Source: Octopus sinensis (Eukaryota). Taken from it: a stretch of 64,000 nucleotides of DNA. The notes below the pieces were generated by a model. That model did no database searches, had not been told where the DNA came from, and saw nothing but the letters and a program-made list of their open reading frames with translations. This document shows positions 12,700-26,215 of the stretch, piece after piece (position 1 is the first letter of the stretch; each line of letters opens with the position of its first letter). The position numbers were made by a program, and so were the translations under genes. The stretch covers positions 74,648,001-74,712,000 of the forward strand of contig NC_043008.1 of the NCBI RefSeq assembly GCF_006345805.1, read 5' to 3'.

Positions 12700-15600
12700 T
12701 TAGTTTGGCTCAGGCTCAGTCTTATTCGTAGTAGGAATCATGCGGTTAGCGGGTTACTACCTGTAACCTTACGTGCCTGCAAATTTTCGGTAGTCTTTTA
12801 AGTGCTTAGAGCCCGCCTGATAATCATTGATGTCCCTAAGAGACAAACTTTCTGTAGGAGCTCTACCGGGCATTCTATTTCAATCTCTTTCAGCCATTTG
12901 CCTAAATCTTGGCTTACTGAACACAACACACCAATTATTATAGGCACGACCTTTACTGTTTGCATGCTCCAAATTCTTCCTATTTCAAACATTAAATTAT
13001 TCTGTTTTTCTTCTTTCTTTACGATCCTGGAATCAAACGAGCGTGATTGGTCGATAAGCAAGCAACTTCACTTTTCCTTATCTACAATCGTTATATCTGG
13101 TCTATTATTTTCTAACTTTTGTCCGTTTGAATAGGAAAGTCCCACAAGATCTTACATTTCTCCGACTCCAGTACTCTTTCGAGTCGATGATTGTACCATG
13201 TGTTACCTGCTTCAAATCACTATTTCTGGCAGTTTCAAGTGTATAACATTTACAACATGGTTGTGCCTCCATTTCTTACATACTTCCTGTGCCAACTTGG
13301 GACATTATTCCACAATGTGTGTCGCTGTCTTGTTCCAAGTTCCACAAGCTCTACATTTCTCTGACACATTCTCTCCATATATATATTTTCTCGAGTTGTT
13401 TGTTTTTATCGCTTGAATTTAGGCTGCTACAAATAGGCTATCTGTTTCTTTTTTTAATTGCTCTTTTTTTCTTAACTAAGCCAAGGATTTTTTTCCACAC
13501 ACGTCTTCAGTGGCTCTTCAAAATTGGATAAGCAGAGATTTCTCTTCAATCTGTCTGACGTGTTCTCTTTTGTATTTCATTCTTGTCCTTTTCTCTTATT
13601 ACGTATTTCATCACTTGTTCTTTGTTAACTGTCTTTGATAGATTTTCTGTGCTGATCTGTAAACACTCAACTAGACTTTTTCTTTCCATCAGTACACATT
13701 CTTCTGCTACGATTAAGCATCTTCCACACTGGTCTCTCCTGAAGTACAGCCAATTGATATCAGCATTTGGATGGTGGGCTCCATACATTGTCAACAACTT
13801 CCTAGTTTTTCTGTCAAGTTTCTTTATATCGTTTCTGGTCCACTCTATAATTCCAGCTCTAAATCTGATTAAGGATACTGCTCTTGAATTTATTGCTTCA
13901 GTAAGAGTTTTGGAATTCAGCTTTGACTGCAGTAATTTTCTGACTCTCCATGTGTAGTCCGTACTGGTAATTTGTTTCATTTTTTTCCTTTTTTATTTCA
14001 TCTGCTTCCAGTATTCCCAAGTATTTATACCCATGTCCTTTCTCAACTGCTTTCATTGTTTGTCCATTCGGCGTTTCAGTTCCCTGGCTTGTTTCAATTC
14101 TTCCTCGTTTCATTTACAATATAGCGCACTTTTCTATCCCAAATTCCATATCTATATCATTTGAGAAAAGGCAGATAGTATGTGCAAAACTTTTAAGCTG
14201 TTTCTCATTTTTTACATAAACCTTTACATCATCCATGAAAAGATGATTTATCTGACCATTTCCTTTTCCCAAATCGTAAGCAATTTTAACTTTTCGTAGC
14301 ATCATAGTGAAGTGTCATGGCCAATACGAATAGTAATGGATATAAGCAGTCACCTTGGAATATTCCATGTCTAATGTTCACTTTTCCGAGTTTTTATTTT
14401 CCTCCGATCAACTCAAGATACCAATGTTTCATACTTTCATTAAGCATTTTCTCCGTATTTTTTTGCTATTCCAAACATGCTTATTGTTTTACTTATTCAC
14501 CTGTGTGGTATCATGTCACATGCTTTTTTGTAATCTAGCCTTGCTACATTCAGTTCCGTCAATCTGCGTCTGCAATTTCTAATTATCATTTCATCAATTA
14601 ATAAATGATCTTTTGTTGCCCTACTTTGTTTTCTGCATCCCTTCTGTTCTTCTGAAAATAGATTGTTATTTTCCAGATGGTTGTATAACTTATGACACAG
14701 GTCATCAGCTTCCAAATTAGTGGTAAACAGGTTGTAGGTAGAAAATTTGATGCTAAATTCCTTTTCAAGGGATCTTTGAGGAATAGAAGCGTTCGTCCAA
14801 CACTTGTTATCCACGCAGGGACGTGACCTTGCTGTAGGCAGTCATCCAGTTCCGCAATGATCTTTTCATGCAACTGTGCAAAGTTCTTCAGCCAATTTGC
14901 TATTTTTTAAACTTCTGTCATACTATAGATTAATTCTAACATCCTTTTGTTTTGGTATATTTGCAAATTGTCTTTCCACCTTTGTTCGCTACTTTTCCGC
15001 ATGTAGACTCACTTCCTGGTGTTGGCTTCCTTCTCTTTCTTCGAATAAACGCTTTCTATTTGATTGGAACAGTCTGTTCTGTTCGAACCTTTTGCATCTA
15101 GCATCATATCTTTCAATTTGGTCTTTAATGCTGTCACCTTTTGTTTCAGTTCTTCATATACCGTTTGATTTCCCCTTTCTTCTAACCTGTACTGTCCACT
15201 CAAATTACTGATTACTACCTTATTCTTGAGCTCTCCTCTCATTGTCCAATTCAATTGCTCCAGTTCTTTCAGTGTCTTCTCCAGAAGACAGAAGGAGAGT
15301 GAAACAGCAGTAGCAGAAAACAGAAATGAAAAGAAAGAACCAAACTGGTGGAAGAGTATTCTCTTCCTCCAGTTTGGTTCTCTCTTTCCATTTGCTATTA
15401 TATCTTCAGTTTTTCGCTTATAGCCTACTATGTTAGCTACGATATTAGCAGCAACTATGATTAACTAGTTTGTTTCACTCATGTTTTCTGTTTTAATCAA
15501 GCTTAAAACGTCTTTTACTTTGCCTGTGGCTTTCCTCACTTGTTTTCTGTCCATATGTATTACATTTGGTGGTACTTCGTTGCTCCCAACAGATATTTTA

Positions 15601-16423
15601 CTTCACAACATTTCTAAAATCTCTTCATCATTCAAATCTTGTGCAATACTTACTGTCACTGGTCCATCTAGACCGTCTTCATTAGCTACTTTATCAGTAT
15701 TCTCTGGTACTCTGCGGTTTCCATCTGTTTCATGCTCTTCATTTCTTACCTCTTTATTTCTGCTTTCTGCTACTGCTGTTCTTTTTTTATTATATTTCTC
15801 TATATTTCTTCAATCTCTACACCCGTAATCCAGTCATTCCTACGGATTACTCTTGCTTGATGTATCAGTCACCGCGCAGATGCCTCAAAACCTCCTTTTT
15901 CAAACCATTTTCTCTTCATTCGATTCATGAATCACCTTTTATTTGGCTCACTTCACAGCCAGCAGTCTATTACTATTTTGTTTACATCTTTTTCTTTTGC
16001 ACTTTTGACTACAATTTTGGTCCTGATCAAATGACGACCTGCCGGAGCTTGATCAGATACTCCTTGCCTGCGTGCACGACACCTTCATTGCTAACAGTTC
16101 CAGTTCCGTCCGCGCAGTTGTGGTTATTATTTAATTTTGACATCATTCGTTTGGATGTAGCATTTGTAAGGTTGTGCAACCACCAGTATTTTTATCGTGA
16201 CACCATCTCTAGGTGGGTTACTAGCCAAGACTCCGAGAGTCCACACCTACACTCCTGTACACAGTTTTTCATGCTAGTCTCGTTCAATCCATTATTTCAT
16301 ATCTTTGTATTTGAAAATTTCACTCCTGAGAATGTTCGTGTTGAGCTGGCACAACCATCGGTGGTTTTATTGAGTCGCCTTCTTAAGCATGACACAGGCT
16401 CAACCCCGCCAGACACCAACCTA

Positions 16424-16424
<1 letters not shown>
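12700..16424 (-). mobile_element. Near full-length degenerate R4/Dong-clade non-LTR retrotransposon (RT, CCHC, restriction-like endonuclease)
   Basis: RT: ...LDYKKACDMIPH, NHLFMDD (14228-14239). Post-RT block KLDRKTRKLLTMYGAHHPNAD. Zn finger CRACGTWNKTATHIVE*C (about 13290-13358). RLE ILWDFPIQTD..NRPDITIVD..LLID..KEEK. Many stops and frameshifts. Confidence 0.93.
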
Positions 16425-16503
<79 letters not shown>

Positions 16504-16510
16504 CATTATT
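16425..16510. repeat. (ATT)n/(TAA)n microsatellite abutting the Dong element 5' end
   Basis: Direct reading. Confidence 0.95.
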
Positions 16511-16718
16511 AAAGCGAGCAGGCAGAATCGGGGAAAATGATTCGCTAGCAGCATTTCGCCCGTTTCTATGTTCTAAGTTCAAATCCCGGCGAGATCGACT
16601 TTGCCTTTCATCCCTTTCGGGGTTGATAAAATAAGTATCAGTTGAGCACTGGGGTCGATGTAATCGACTTACCTCCTACCATCGAAGTTGCTGGCCTTGA
16701 GCCAAAATTTGAAACCAT
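16511..16718 (+). mobile_element. SINE family A
   Basis: Core tttgcctttcatccctttcggggttgataaa; tail gagccaaaatttgaaacc. Confidence 0.8.
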
Positions 16719-17101
16719 TGTCGTCGTCCTTGATGTTGTTGTTGTTATGTTTGTTGGAGAAAGACGTCGTTTTGAAACTCATAAGTTGTCACTGAATATT
16801 GTTGTTTTGAAATAAGTAATTTATTTTCTACCATTTTCTTATTAAGCCAACCAGCATCCTAAGATATGCTGGCTTTGTGAAATTCTTGCCCTTTTGGGAC
16901 GGCTTTTGAAACTTATTGATACCGAAGTTATATACCTAAATTTTAAAAAATACTGTGGCTTCGCAAAGCCAGGGATCAGTTAGATGTTCTAACAGCTAAT
17001 ATAATAATAATTTCGCACTATTACCTGTTAACAGAGAATGTATGAACAACAATAGCAATACTTATTAGCGACAGAGGCAGTATCAATATCGCGCAGTAAT
17101 A

Positions 17102-17395
17102 TTTATCCCCACAGAAGCGTGGATGTTCTGTTAGAACAAAACTTTACTGCTATGGATACCATGAGAGAAATTCTCATATTGGCCTTTGATACAAAATGCA
17201 CTCTTGTTTATATCACAAAAGCAGGGAGATAAATCACCGCCATCTTCAATGCTGGAGCTGCCATGGATTTTTTTCCCGCTAGCGATGCAAATAAGAGTGC
17301 ATGTGGTACCAAAAGCCAATATGAGAATTTCTACCATGGTAACTATCGCAGTATAGTTTGTTCTAACTGAACATCTGCGCTTAAGTGGGGATAAA
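17102..17395. mobile_element. Foldback/MITE-like long imperfect inverted repeat
   Basis: tttatccccac...gtggggataaa termini. Arms match across most of the length, e.g. gaaattctcatattggc at 17167 vs gccaatatgagaatttc at 17315. Confidence 0.75.
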
Positions 17396-17399
17396 CAAT

Positions 17400-19760
17400 A
17401 GTAATATCAGCAACAACAGCAATGAAAGCAACACAAATGAAAAGATGTGTGAAAGTAATACTACTACTACCACCACTGCCATTATCAGTGACAGAACGGA
17501 ACAACATCAAGAAAGAGCGTGAAAACAGAATGAAGAAAAAGCAAGTTGCCAAATCAACACACCAAAGCCTTTCACTTCCACCTCCACCTCCACCATCACC
17601 CACCACCACCACCACCACCATTATTAACCCCAACACAGCTAAAAATCAAGACACTACAATTAAGACATTCAAAGTTCCTGGATTTGCAAACATCGTGCAG
17701 CAGGAGGAAGTAATTAAATTTGCGCCCCAACATTTAAAAACAAATTCTAAAAAACTTCCCAACGAAACTGAGCCTAAACGTCAAATTAAGCATATCTGAA
17801 TCCCTCTAAGAGAAAAATCAATCTGAAAACTATAACTTCTAAAATGACAGGATTTAAAAAAAAAACGGAAAATAGAACAAGTGACACAGCAGCAAATAGA
17901 AGTGTGACTCAGACTTATTTGGAGCATCAAAACAAACGTAGCTAGGGGAAAAATACCGCACGCTTGATGTAAATTTTCCGACAAAGCTTACAGAAACCAG
18001 ATATGCAAATTAGTTAAGCTGATATTGATGGAGATAATCATCAGCAACAAACGGTGATTCACCCTGAAAAGGGCAATAAGAGTGGAGGTGATAAGGTTTA
18101 GTAAGGAAGTTCTGGCTGAGGAAAAAGTAGAATAGACGGAGATTCCGAACTTAGAAGCGACGCTTAGAAAATGTGTCGCAGCAGAAGTGCTTATGGCATG
18201 ATTGACCCTCGAAATATTCCAGTTCTTTATCGTGAAGCACGATGAGGGCATTCTCAGAACTATCGCACGAGATCTTAGACAAGAGTGGACAAAAGTCGTT
18301 CGATGAGCCCGTATATCAGAAACACAACGGGACAAGAATTCCACTATTCGCACCTTGGTAAACCATAATGGGCGCATGTTATTAAACCCTAAGCAGATGC
18401 GTACGGCTTTCCAGAAGCACTTCAGGAAGAATGTCAGGCCGGAACACAGGATGGATTTCAATGTCAACCTCGATGGCTTGCCGTGACTCTCGGCAAGTGA
18501 AATGAAATATTGGGGTAACAACTACTGATAAATGGGAAGGGATGATTGGATACATCACCTGGTTCGGTTGGCTTACTCCACGCACTTTATTTTTATATGT
18601 CAGACTAATTTGGAGACTTATAGACATATATCTACTGCAACTGGTAGCAAGACGGGATAATACCCAGTACTGTAAGTCGATAAGTGGTTGTCCAGTAGAG
18701 AAAGGACTCGAGTATTGTAACTCACATTGATCATTTAAAGCCCATAATTCTGGTAATCGCATATTTCAAAATTTGGACAAGGTATTAGCATAAAGGCTGG
18801 CGCTTGTCAATGGTCTAATTGGTGATGAACAGTTCTATCCACGACGATCTCCATTTCATTCAATAGAGGGAGGATATTGAGTACAGACCGAGGCAGTGCA
18901 CTTGGCACCTAAAGTGTTGTCAGGCACACAATCGAGCAAAGCTATCGGTGGACGTTCCACTTTGGCATTCTATAGATCGGGCAAGAGTGACGACGTTCTC
19001 GGAGAGATCTGGGCTTCCACGAGAATCAACTGGCTGATCTATTCCAGGGCGCTTTCAAGTTGGAGCTCATGGAATTTTTCCATAAATCTCAGGCCTGGCA
19101 GTATCACCGGAGATCATTTCCGATTGATGGCATAGGAGTGTTTTCAGCTGGTCCTGCCTAAAATGCTTGCAGAGCGACAAACCTCTTCTGCATGCAATCG
19201 TCCAGTGCCCGAACATTGCTGGCTTACGGAGTTATGTCGAAAACACTACTGTCGCGTATAGGACTGATCAAGCTATCAGCTGAGTCTATTGTGAAGATCG
19301 TCTCACCACATTCCTTTGGCCGGGAAGGACATGCAGTGTTCATCAACCTACTGCTCTTAACAAAAGAGGTTAAGTAGTAGACCAAACTTAAAAGATTAGA
19401 GACAGATACCTTCCTCTTTGGTTAAGCCCTTATCAACTTGCTCGCGTTTCACTTGTAAAGGAAAGTGAGGATGGAGAGGGAGGTGCTACTTTCCAGTGAA
19501 TGGGCCTGCTCTGAGCATGCACCTATTCGTTGCTGGATGAGAATAGAGAGAAGGCCTTTGACCTAGTGTCTGGAATAACCGTGGTTTTGTGGTGTTTACA
19601 CAAGCAGCCTTCAGAATTCTCTTCTAGCTTTGAGGAATTATTTCTTGTTTGAATTTTTTAATGTTATTTTACTGTTTACATGCTTTTATGTAACGCCCAT
19701 ATGGTATTGTATCGACTAGTACCTTTTTGTAAATACTTAGTAGTAAATAAAACAAAAACT
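17400..19760 (+). mobile_element. Degraded, internally deleted L1/Tx1-clade LINE
   Basis: Remnants VKHDEGILRTIAR, LKPIILVIAYFKI (RT start), TQSSKAI, C-terminal HAIVQCPNIAGLR; 3' aataaaacaaaaac. The YADD region appears deleted; the 5' boundary is approximate. Confidence 0.7.
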
Positions 19761-19937
19761 AATGTTACTGTTGCTGCTGTTATTGTTGATAATGGTAGTA
19801 TTGTGATTGTTGTTGTTGTTGTTGTTATATTACCCTTCTCAAGCCTTCTTGTAACCTAGATCATATCAAATCATAACATATCGTATCCTTTTGTAAACTC
19901 TTAGCTGGCCAAATCCTTAGCACGCCGTACAAAATTA

Positions 19938-21158
19938 TTGGGTTGTCCGGAAAGCCGTGCGATTTATAGTAGCTTACCTTTCGACTTATTTTAGAACATG
20001 GGATTTGACTACACCTCCATTTAGAGCACAGATTAAGCTATCTTTTCGTGGAAGAAGATTTATGTTCCTATGACCTGTGTTAATTCTGTAACCCTTTAAA
20101 ATGGAAGATGAGAAAGTTTATTTTCGGCATTGGATGCTTTTCTTTTTCCGTAAAGGAAAATATGCACAGTTTACGGTGATGTTTCTTTATCCGAAAGAAC
20201 TTTACGGAAGTGGTTCGCAAGGTTTCGAGCTGGAGATTGTAGCCTTATTGATAAAGAGCGATCAGGCATTTACTACAGATGATGACTAAACCAAGTCATT
20301 AATTGAGAATAACACACATTGCACAACTCGAGAATTGGCAGAAAGCCTCAACCTATCAAAATCCGTCGTTCATGTGCACCTGGTAAAGCTTGGGTACACA
20401 AATCGCTATGATGTTTGGATACCACATGAGTTGAGTGAGAAGAACCTTTTGGATCGCATTTCCCACGGTGATTCACTTTATAAACGGAATGAAAACGCGC
20501 CTTTTTTTAAAGCAAATTGTGACAGGTGATGAGAAATGGATTAGCTACCGAAATCTTCAGAGGAAGCGATTCTGGAGTAAGCAACATGAGCCACCGTTAG
20601 CCACCCCAAACGCGGGTCTTCACCCTAAAAATGTCTTGCTTTGTGTCTGGTGGGATTGGAAAGGAATTCTGTACTATTAGCTTCTCCCAAGTAACAAGAA
20701 ATACTGTACACAACTGTACGAGTTAAAAGCAGCAATTGAAGAGAAACGTCCAGAATTGGCCAACAGGAAGGGTGTTGCTTTCCAACATGATAATGCAAGA
20801 CTGCACGTTTCTTTGGGAACCAGACAAAAATTGCTGCAGCTCGACTGGGATGTGTTACCCCACCCTCCATATTCACCAGATATTTCTCCTTTGGATTTCC
20901 ACTTATTCAGGTCTCTGTAGAATAGTCTTAAGGGTAAAAATTTCAGTTCCTTGGATGACGTAAAAAGATACCTTGATGAATTCTTTGCCATGAAAGCACA
21001 TCAATTCTGGGTAGAGGGTATTTTCAAGTTAAAGGAAAGATGGAAACGCATTGTGCAACAAAATGGTTCATATTTGGTTCATTAAAAATGTAATGGCAAT
21101 TATTTATTGACCTTTTTCTTTCTTTTAAAAATAGGCACGAACTTTCCGGACAACCCAA
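19938..21158 (+). mobile_element. Mariner DNA transposon (D,D34D), 1221 bp, TA TSDs, inserted in a SINE
   Basis: TIRs ttgggttgtccggaaag / ctttccggacaacccaa; TA at 19936-37 and 21159-60; flanks rejoin as a family A SINE. Confidence 0.95.
20101..21085 (+). pseudogene. Mariner transposase pseudogene
   Basis: MEDEKVYFRHWMLFFFRKGK, WIPHEL, IVTGDEKW, VLLCVWWDWKGILYY, HDNARLH-(34 aa)-D with YSPDISPLDFHLF; stops and frameshifts. Confidence 0.93.
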
Positions 21159-21256
21159 TATTATCGGTATTTCGTCTGTTTTTACACCTGAGTTCAAATT
21201 CTGCCGAGGTCGACTTTGCCTTTTATCCATTCAGGGCCGATCAAATGAGTACCTAG

Positions 21257-21450
21257 CACACCGAGCAAAATGCTTAGCGTCATTTCGTCTGACTTTACGT
21301 TCAGAGTTCAATTTACGCCGAGGTTGACTTTGCCTTTCATCCTTTCGAGGTCGATAAAATAAGTACCAGTTGAGTACTGGGGTCGATGTAATCAACTTAC
21401 CCTCTCGCCCCGAAATTGCTGGCCTTGTGCCAAAATTTGCAATTATTAAT
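21257..21450 (+). mobile_element. SINE family A
   Basis: Core and ccttgtgccaaaattt tail. Confidence 0.8.
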
Positions 21451-22805
21451 ATCATTACTATATTTACTGCGATATGAAGCAGGATTTGAACCTACAGCAA
21501 ATACTAGAAGTGATATGTGATCCTGTCTGACGCTCTTCCGACTCAGTAAACTTGCCTACTGTAAAGAAATCACTAAGTTCCTTAAATTATAATCTATGGA
21601 CAAGTTCTGATTATTAGTTGTTGTTAGTTCATCTTATTTTACTTATCTACAGCTCGGAGAAAGGCATGAATGCCACATTGTCTTACTCCTTCTATATGTA
21701 GATTTCTTGCGTGGTGCCCCCCAATGAAATCAAAATAATTTATTGATTTTTGTTCTTTGTCAAGACACCATGTCACTTCATGTGTAGGAGAAGGTTATAA
21801 ATGTTCTCAATATATCACTGGTACCGCATTTATAGACCGTTGGTAAACGGAATGTGAAAAATAACAGGATTTGAAACTACACAATAAAAGAACGAAATGA
21901 AACTAGTGTTCAGTATATTAGCCTATTTGATCACCCTCTGATTGATATTAAGAGCAGTTTATGATCACAGCAACTTGGATGAAACAGAATATTAAATTGA
22001 ATGTTTTGCTCAGAAATCACTCCTTCTCTCCCCCTTTTTCCTACGCTCTCGTTCAATTTCTCCCCATCTCTTCCTTTTTTCTCCCTCCCCCCCTCTCTCT
22101 CTCTCTCTTCAAGTGAGCAATTCTTTAAAGAGTTATAAAAAAACTCTTATACAACCTTTTTCATACAAATATACCTATACGCGCACGCACGCACACTCAC
22201 GCACACTCACACACGCGTACACACACGTATACACACACTTACGAACATACTAATACATACGTTTACTCACCTCACCACATATCACATATAAGGAAGATAA
22301 TCAAGACCCTGAGAGTGTTTCCACTTAGAAGACCCTTCTGTTCTTACAGGGATTTTTTGTCTTATTTTAAAGTTTTCATAGAAATAAGCCGTAGCCCAAA
22401 CTATTCACAGACAATCATATTACACAACTATACAATATTGCAATGCTACTCACAACACAACAAAATCATACTACCACACAATACCTTCAAAAATACAATT
22501 ACAATACCCCACTACACTTCTTACTGCACACTAGAACCCATGCTTCAGCCCACCTACCAATCCATGCTACCACACTACACCCAACACTATCACACTATAC
22601 TTCACACAACATAGCTACACTACACATTTACACTACCAAACTACAACCTATTCAACACAGACACCCTACCATACTGCACTCAAAACAACAAGCCATTCTA
22701 TGACACTACATTCAACATTATCCTTGCTAAACCATGATCTCATATCTATTCCTTCCTCTATAAACAATATAAACATGAGTGCTAATATATTATTTTCATA
22801 ACGAA

Positions 22806-23280
22806 GAGCAGCGACCAGGCAGAATTGTTAATGCACTGGGCAAAATACTTAACAGCATTTTGTCTGTCTTTACATTCTGAGCTCAAATTACGATTAGGTC
22901 GACTTTGCCTTTCATCTTTTCAGGGTTGATAAAATATGTACCAGTTGAGCACTGGGGGTGATGTAATTGACTTAACCCCTTCCACTAAGCTTGCTGATCT
23001 TGTGTCAAAACTTGAAACCAATATTTCTATTTCAACTAAGGCAGTTGGCTGAATCATAATCGTGAGGCTGGCTGAGTCATTAGCATGCCTGGCGAAATGC
23101 TTAGTGGCATTCTAGCCATCTTCACATTCTGAGTTCAAATTCTGCTCAGGTTGACTTTGCCTTTCATCCTTTTGGAGTCAATAATAAAATAAGTACCAGT
23201 AGTGCACTGGGCTCAATCTAATCGATTTAATACTTTCCACCAAACTTGCTGACTTTGTGTCAAAACTTGAAACGAATATT
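22806..23280 (+). mobile_element. Two adjacent diverged SINE family A copies (22806-23022, 23040-23280)
   Basis: Two cores gactttgcctttcatc, each followed by gtgtcaaaacttgaaac. Confidence 0.8.
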
Positions 23281-24634
23281 ACTTTCATAACATGAAGTGC
23301 TCCAAAACCAGACTATATCCAGACAAACATGCTTCAATTGACCTTATGGATCTCACCAGAAGGTCACACCCAAAACTGACTAATAGCTATTTCTAGACTA
23401 TGATAATGTTCTTGCAGATTTGACTAGGGTGTCTTAAAAACATCATCAACAACTACCACAGCAACCTCTACAAATACAAGATCAATAACAACCAGTACAG
23501 AATCAACAACAATAATTAATACACTGATACACAAGACTAACAAGATGAAACTCACATTACACCAAATGTTTGGAGCTCAGATCAATCCACTTAAAACAGT
23601 CAGTAGACAGTTATTGGAGTCTAAACATCAACAACGACCTCAAGAATCCTATTAATTGGACAAACTCCAATAAAATATCCCAGAATGTCTGCAAAACAAA
23701 ATTGATTTATTTCAGAAGATAAAATATAAAATCCTGCACTTTCTAAATATAAACGGCAATAATATATTGCTGTCCCAATCCAAATACACACAAGATATCT
23801 TGGAATATTTTCATAACATCTCCCTTTCCTTATTCCTTTCTCTTTCTCCCTTTTATTGATGCTACTCTCTTGTCTGTCTGTGTGTCTTTTTCTGTCTCTC
23901 TTTCTTATTTAATCTATATCTGTATATCTATCTATCTATCGAATGACCAATGAATCTATTTATTTATGCATGTGTGTGTGTGTGTGGTTGTGTGTGTGTG
24001 TGTGTGTGTGTGTGGTTGTGTGTGTGTGCCACTAAGCCACATGCCTTGATACATACACACACTCTCACACACACACACATTGAGTATTTGTGTGTGTCTG
24101 TATCTGTATCAGTATGCGTGTGTGTGTGTCTGTATCTGTATCAGTATGCATGTGTGTGTGTGGTGTGTGTGTGTGTGTGTGTGTGTGTGTCTGCATGCAT
24201 GTGTATGTGTGAAGACCTGTGGCCTAATGGTTAGGATGCTGCACTCATGATAACTAGATCATGGATTCGATTCTTGAACTGGGCAGCAAGTTGTGCTCTC
24301 AAGCAAAACGCTTTGTTTCATGTTGCTCTGTGGGTAGGAAAGGGGCAGAACCATTAATGCATGAACAGAAATAGTTTATAGTACATCTTGTAGCTCCACA
24401 TTCTGAGTTCAAATCTCACCTGTCAGAAGAAGGCAACAGGAAACCACACCAGTATTCATCTCAAGACTAGTCATAGCAGCCAAAGTTCCATTAATCTACT
24501 TAATAGTGGCCGGGGAGGGTGCAGGCCCTCCTAGATTGTTGAGAGAGTGCTGGAAAAGGTTGACATGCAAAGGGTCTGCACTAGTGCAGATTACTACCGG
24601 AGATATTCTAGAGATATTATATATATAGTCTTTT

Positions 24635-24845
24635 CTACTCAAGGCACAAGGCCCAAAATTTTTGGGAGGGGGCCAGTCGATTAGATCAACCCCAGTATAT
24701 GACTGGTATTTAATTTATCAACCCCTAAAAGGATGAAAAGCAAAGTCTACCTCAGTAGAATTAGGACTCAGAACTTGAAGATAGATGAAATACTGCTAAG
24801 CATTTTGCCCAGCATGCTAACATTTCTGCCAACTCACCAATTTGA
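24635..24845 (-). mobile_element. SINE family A
   Basis: Reverse complement of core (ggatgaaaagcaaagtctacctc) and head (ttctgccaactc). Confidence 0.75.
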
Positions 24846-25159
24846 TATTTATATATATATATATGTTATCACTTCTATAGATGCAGGCACAGCTGTGTGA
24901 TAAAGAAGCTTACTTATCAGCTATATGACATCAGGTTCAATTCCACTGCACAGCACCTGTCAGCCATGATCTTATTTTGAAATTTGGTAGACAGAAACTG
25001 AAAGAAGCATGTTATATTGATTATTAATTTTTATACCTTTGAGATCTAGTTATATGTTTTATAAAATTATATTTTATTTGTTATGTTTTGGTTTATGTCT
25101 ATCACTGTTTGAGTTGCATAATAGTGGTTTTATCTCTAATTTATATTTTATACATATCT

Positions 25160-25300
25160 TCTCTATATATAAAACTGAAATGCGTTTTTACCGCTTGGAT
25201 CGCTTTCAATGCCACTACGTCCCGTCCGATTCGCTCCAAAATTTACAGGGACATGTAGAATGAGGTGACGATGCTCGTGGGCTACCTTAGAAATCCCTAT
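25160..25300 (+). mobile_element. Possible non-autonomous Helitron-like 5' end
   Basis: tctatatataaaactgaaatg...cgtccgattcgctccaaaattt resembles rolling-circle element 5' termini; no 3' hairpin/CTRR identified. Confidence 0.3.
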
Positions 25301-25569
25301 CTTAAAAGGTGTGGTTGCTAGGGGCCATCTTCCTCACTCACGCTATTTCCTCCTTTCCTTCTCTTACTCCCCTTCATATATAACTTTGAGAATTCCACTA
25401 CCGTTATTTAAAGTACTGTCACTCTCGCTATTTCCTTTCTTTTTCACTGACTCTGTTTCCTACCTTCCCATCACTTCGGCGGCGTTCTTTTAAGTATATG
25501 TCTGTCACCAACAACAAACACACAAGCATGAGAACAAATATTATGAATCAGATATTCTTGCGTTCATTT

Positions 25570-25800
25570 ATATGTGTGTGTGTGTGTGTGTTCTATATAT
25601 AAATATGTATATATAATGTATGTGTGTGTGTGTGTGTTCTATATATAAATATGTATATATAATGTGTGTGTGTGTGTGTTCCATATATAAATATGTATAT
25701 ATAATGTATGTGTGTGTGTGTGTTCTATATATAAATATGTATATATAATGTATGTGTGTGTGTGTTCTATATATAAATATGTATATATAATGTATATATA
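25570..25800. repeat. Minisatellite, about 5-6 units of (tg)n-ttctatatataaatatgtatatataatg
   Basis: Direct reading. Confidence 0.85.
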
Positions 25801-26122
25801 CAAAGTATATATAAAGAAAGTATATATACAAAGTATATATATCTGTATTTATGTATATTAAACTTCTTCATACTTTTTAATACTTTTTCATACTTTTTCA
25901 TACTTTTTAAACAAATTATAAATATAATTTAATAATTTTTATTTTCAATTTAAATAATTTAAAATTTTCAATTTTATGTTTTATATATTTTCTATATTAT
26001 ATTTTTTTTATGTTTTTGTTTTTGGTTTTTCACTGTTTGATTTGCCTATTAGTGGTTTTATCTCTAATTTAATTTATACAGATATATATCTCATTTGTAT
26101 ACCTTTGTATATATAATGCGTG

Positions 26123-26173
<51 letters not shown>

Positions 26174-26215
26174 TATATATAGATAAGAAAGTTTGTTTGG
26201 TAAAGCACGTGGGTG

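Noticed and set aside
15857-16540. 227-aa + strand ORF
   Set aside because: Antisense to the Dong element 5' region and extended by (ATT)n poly-Ile.
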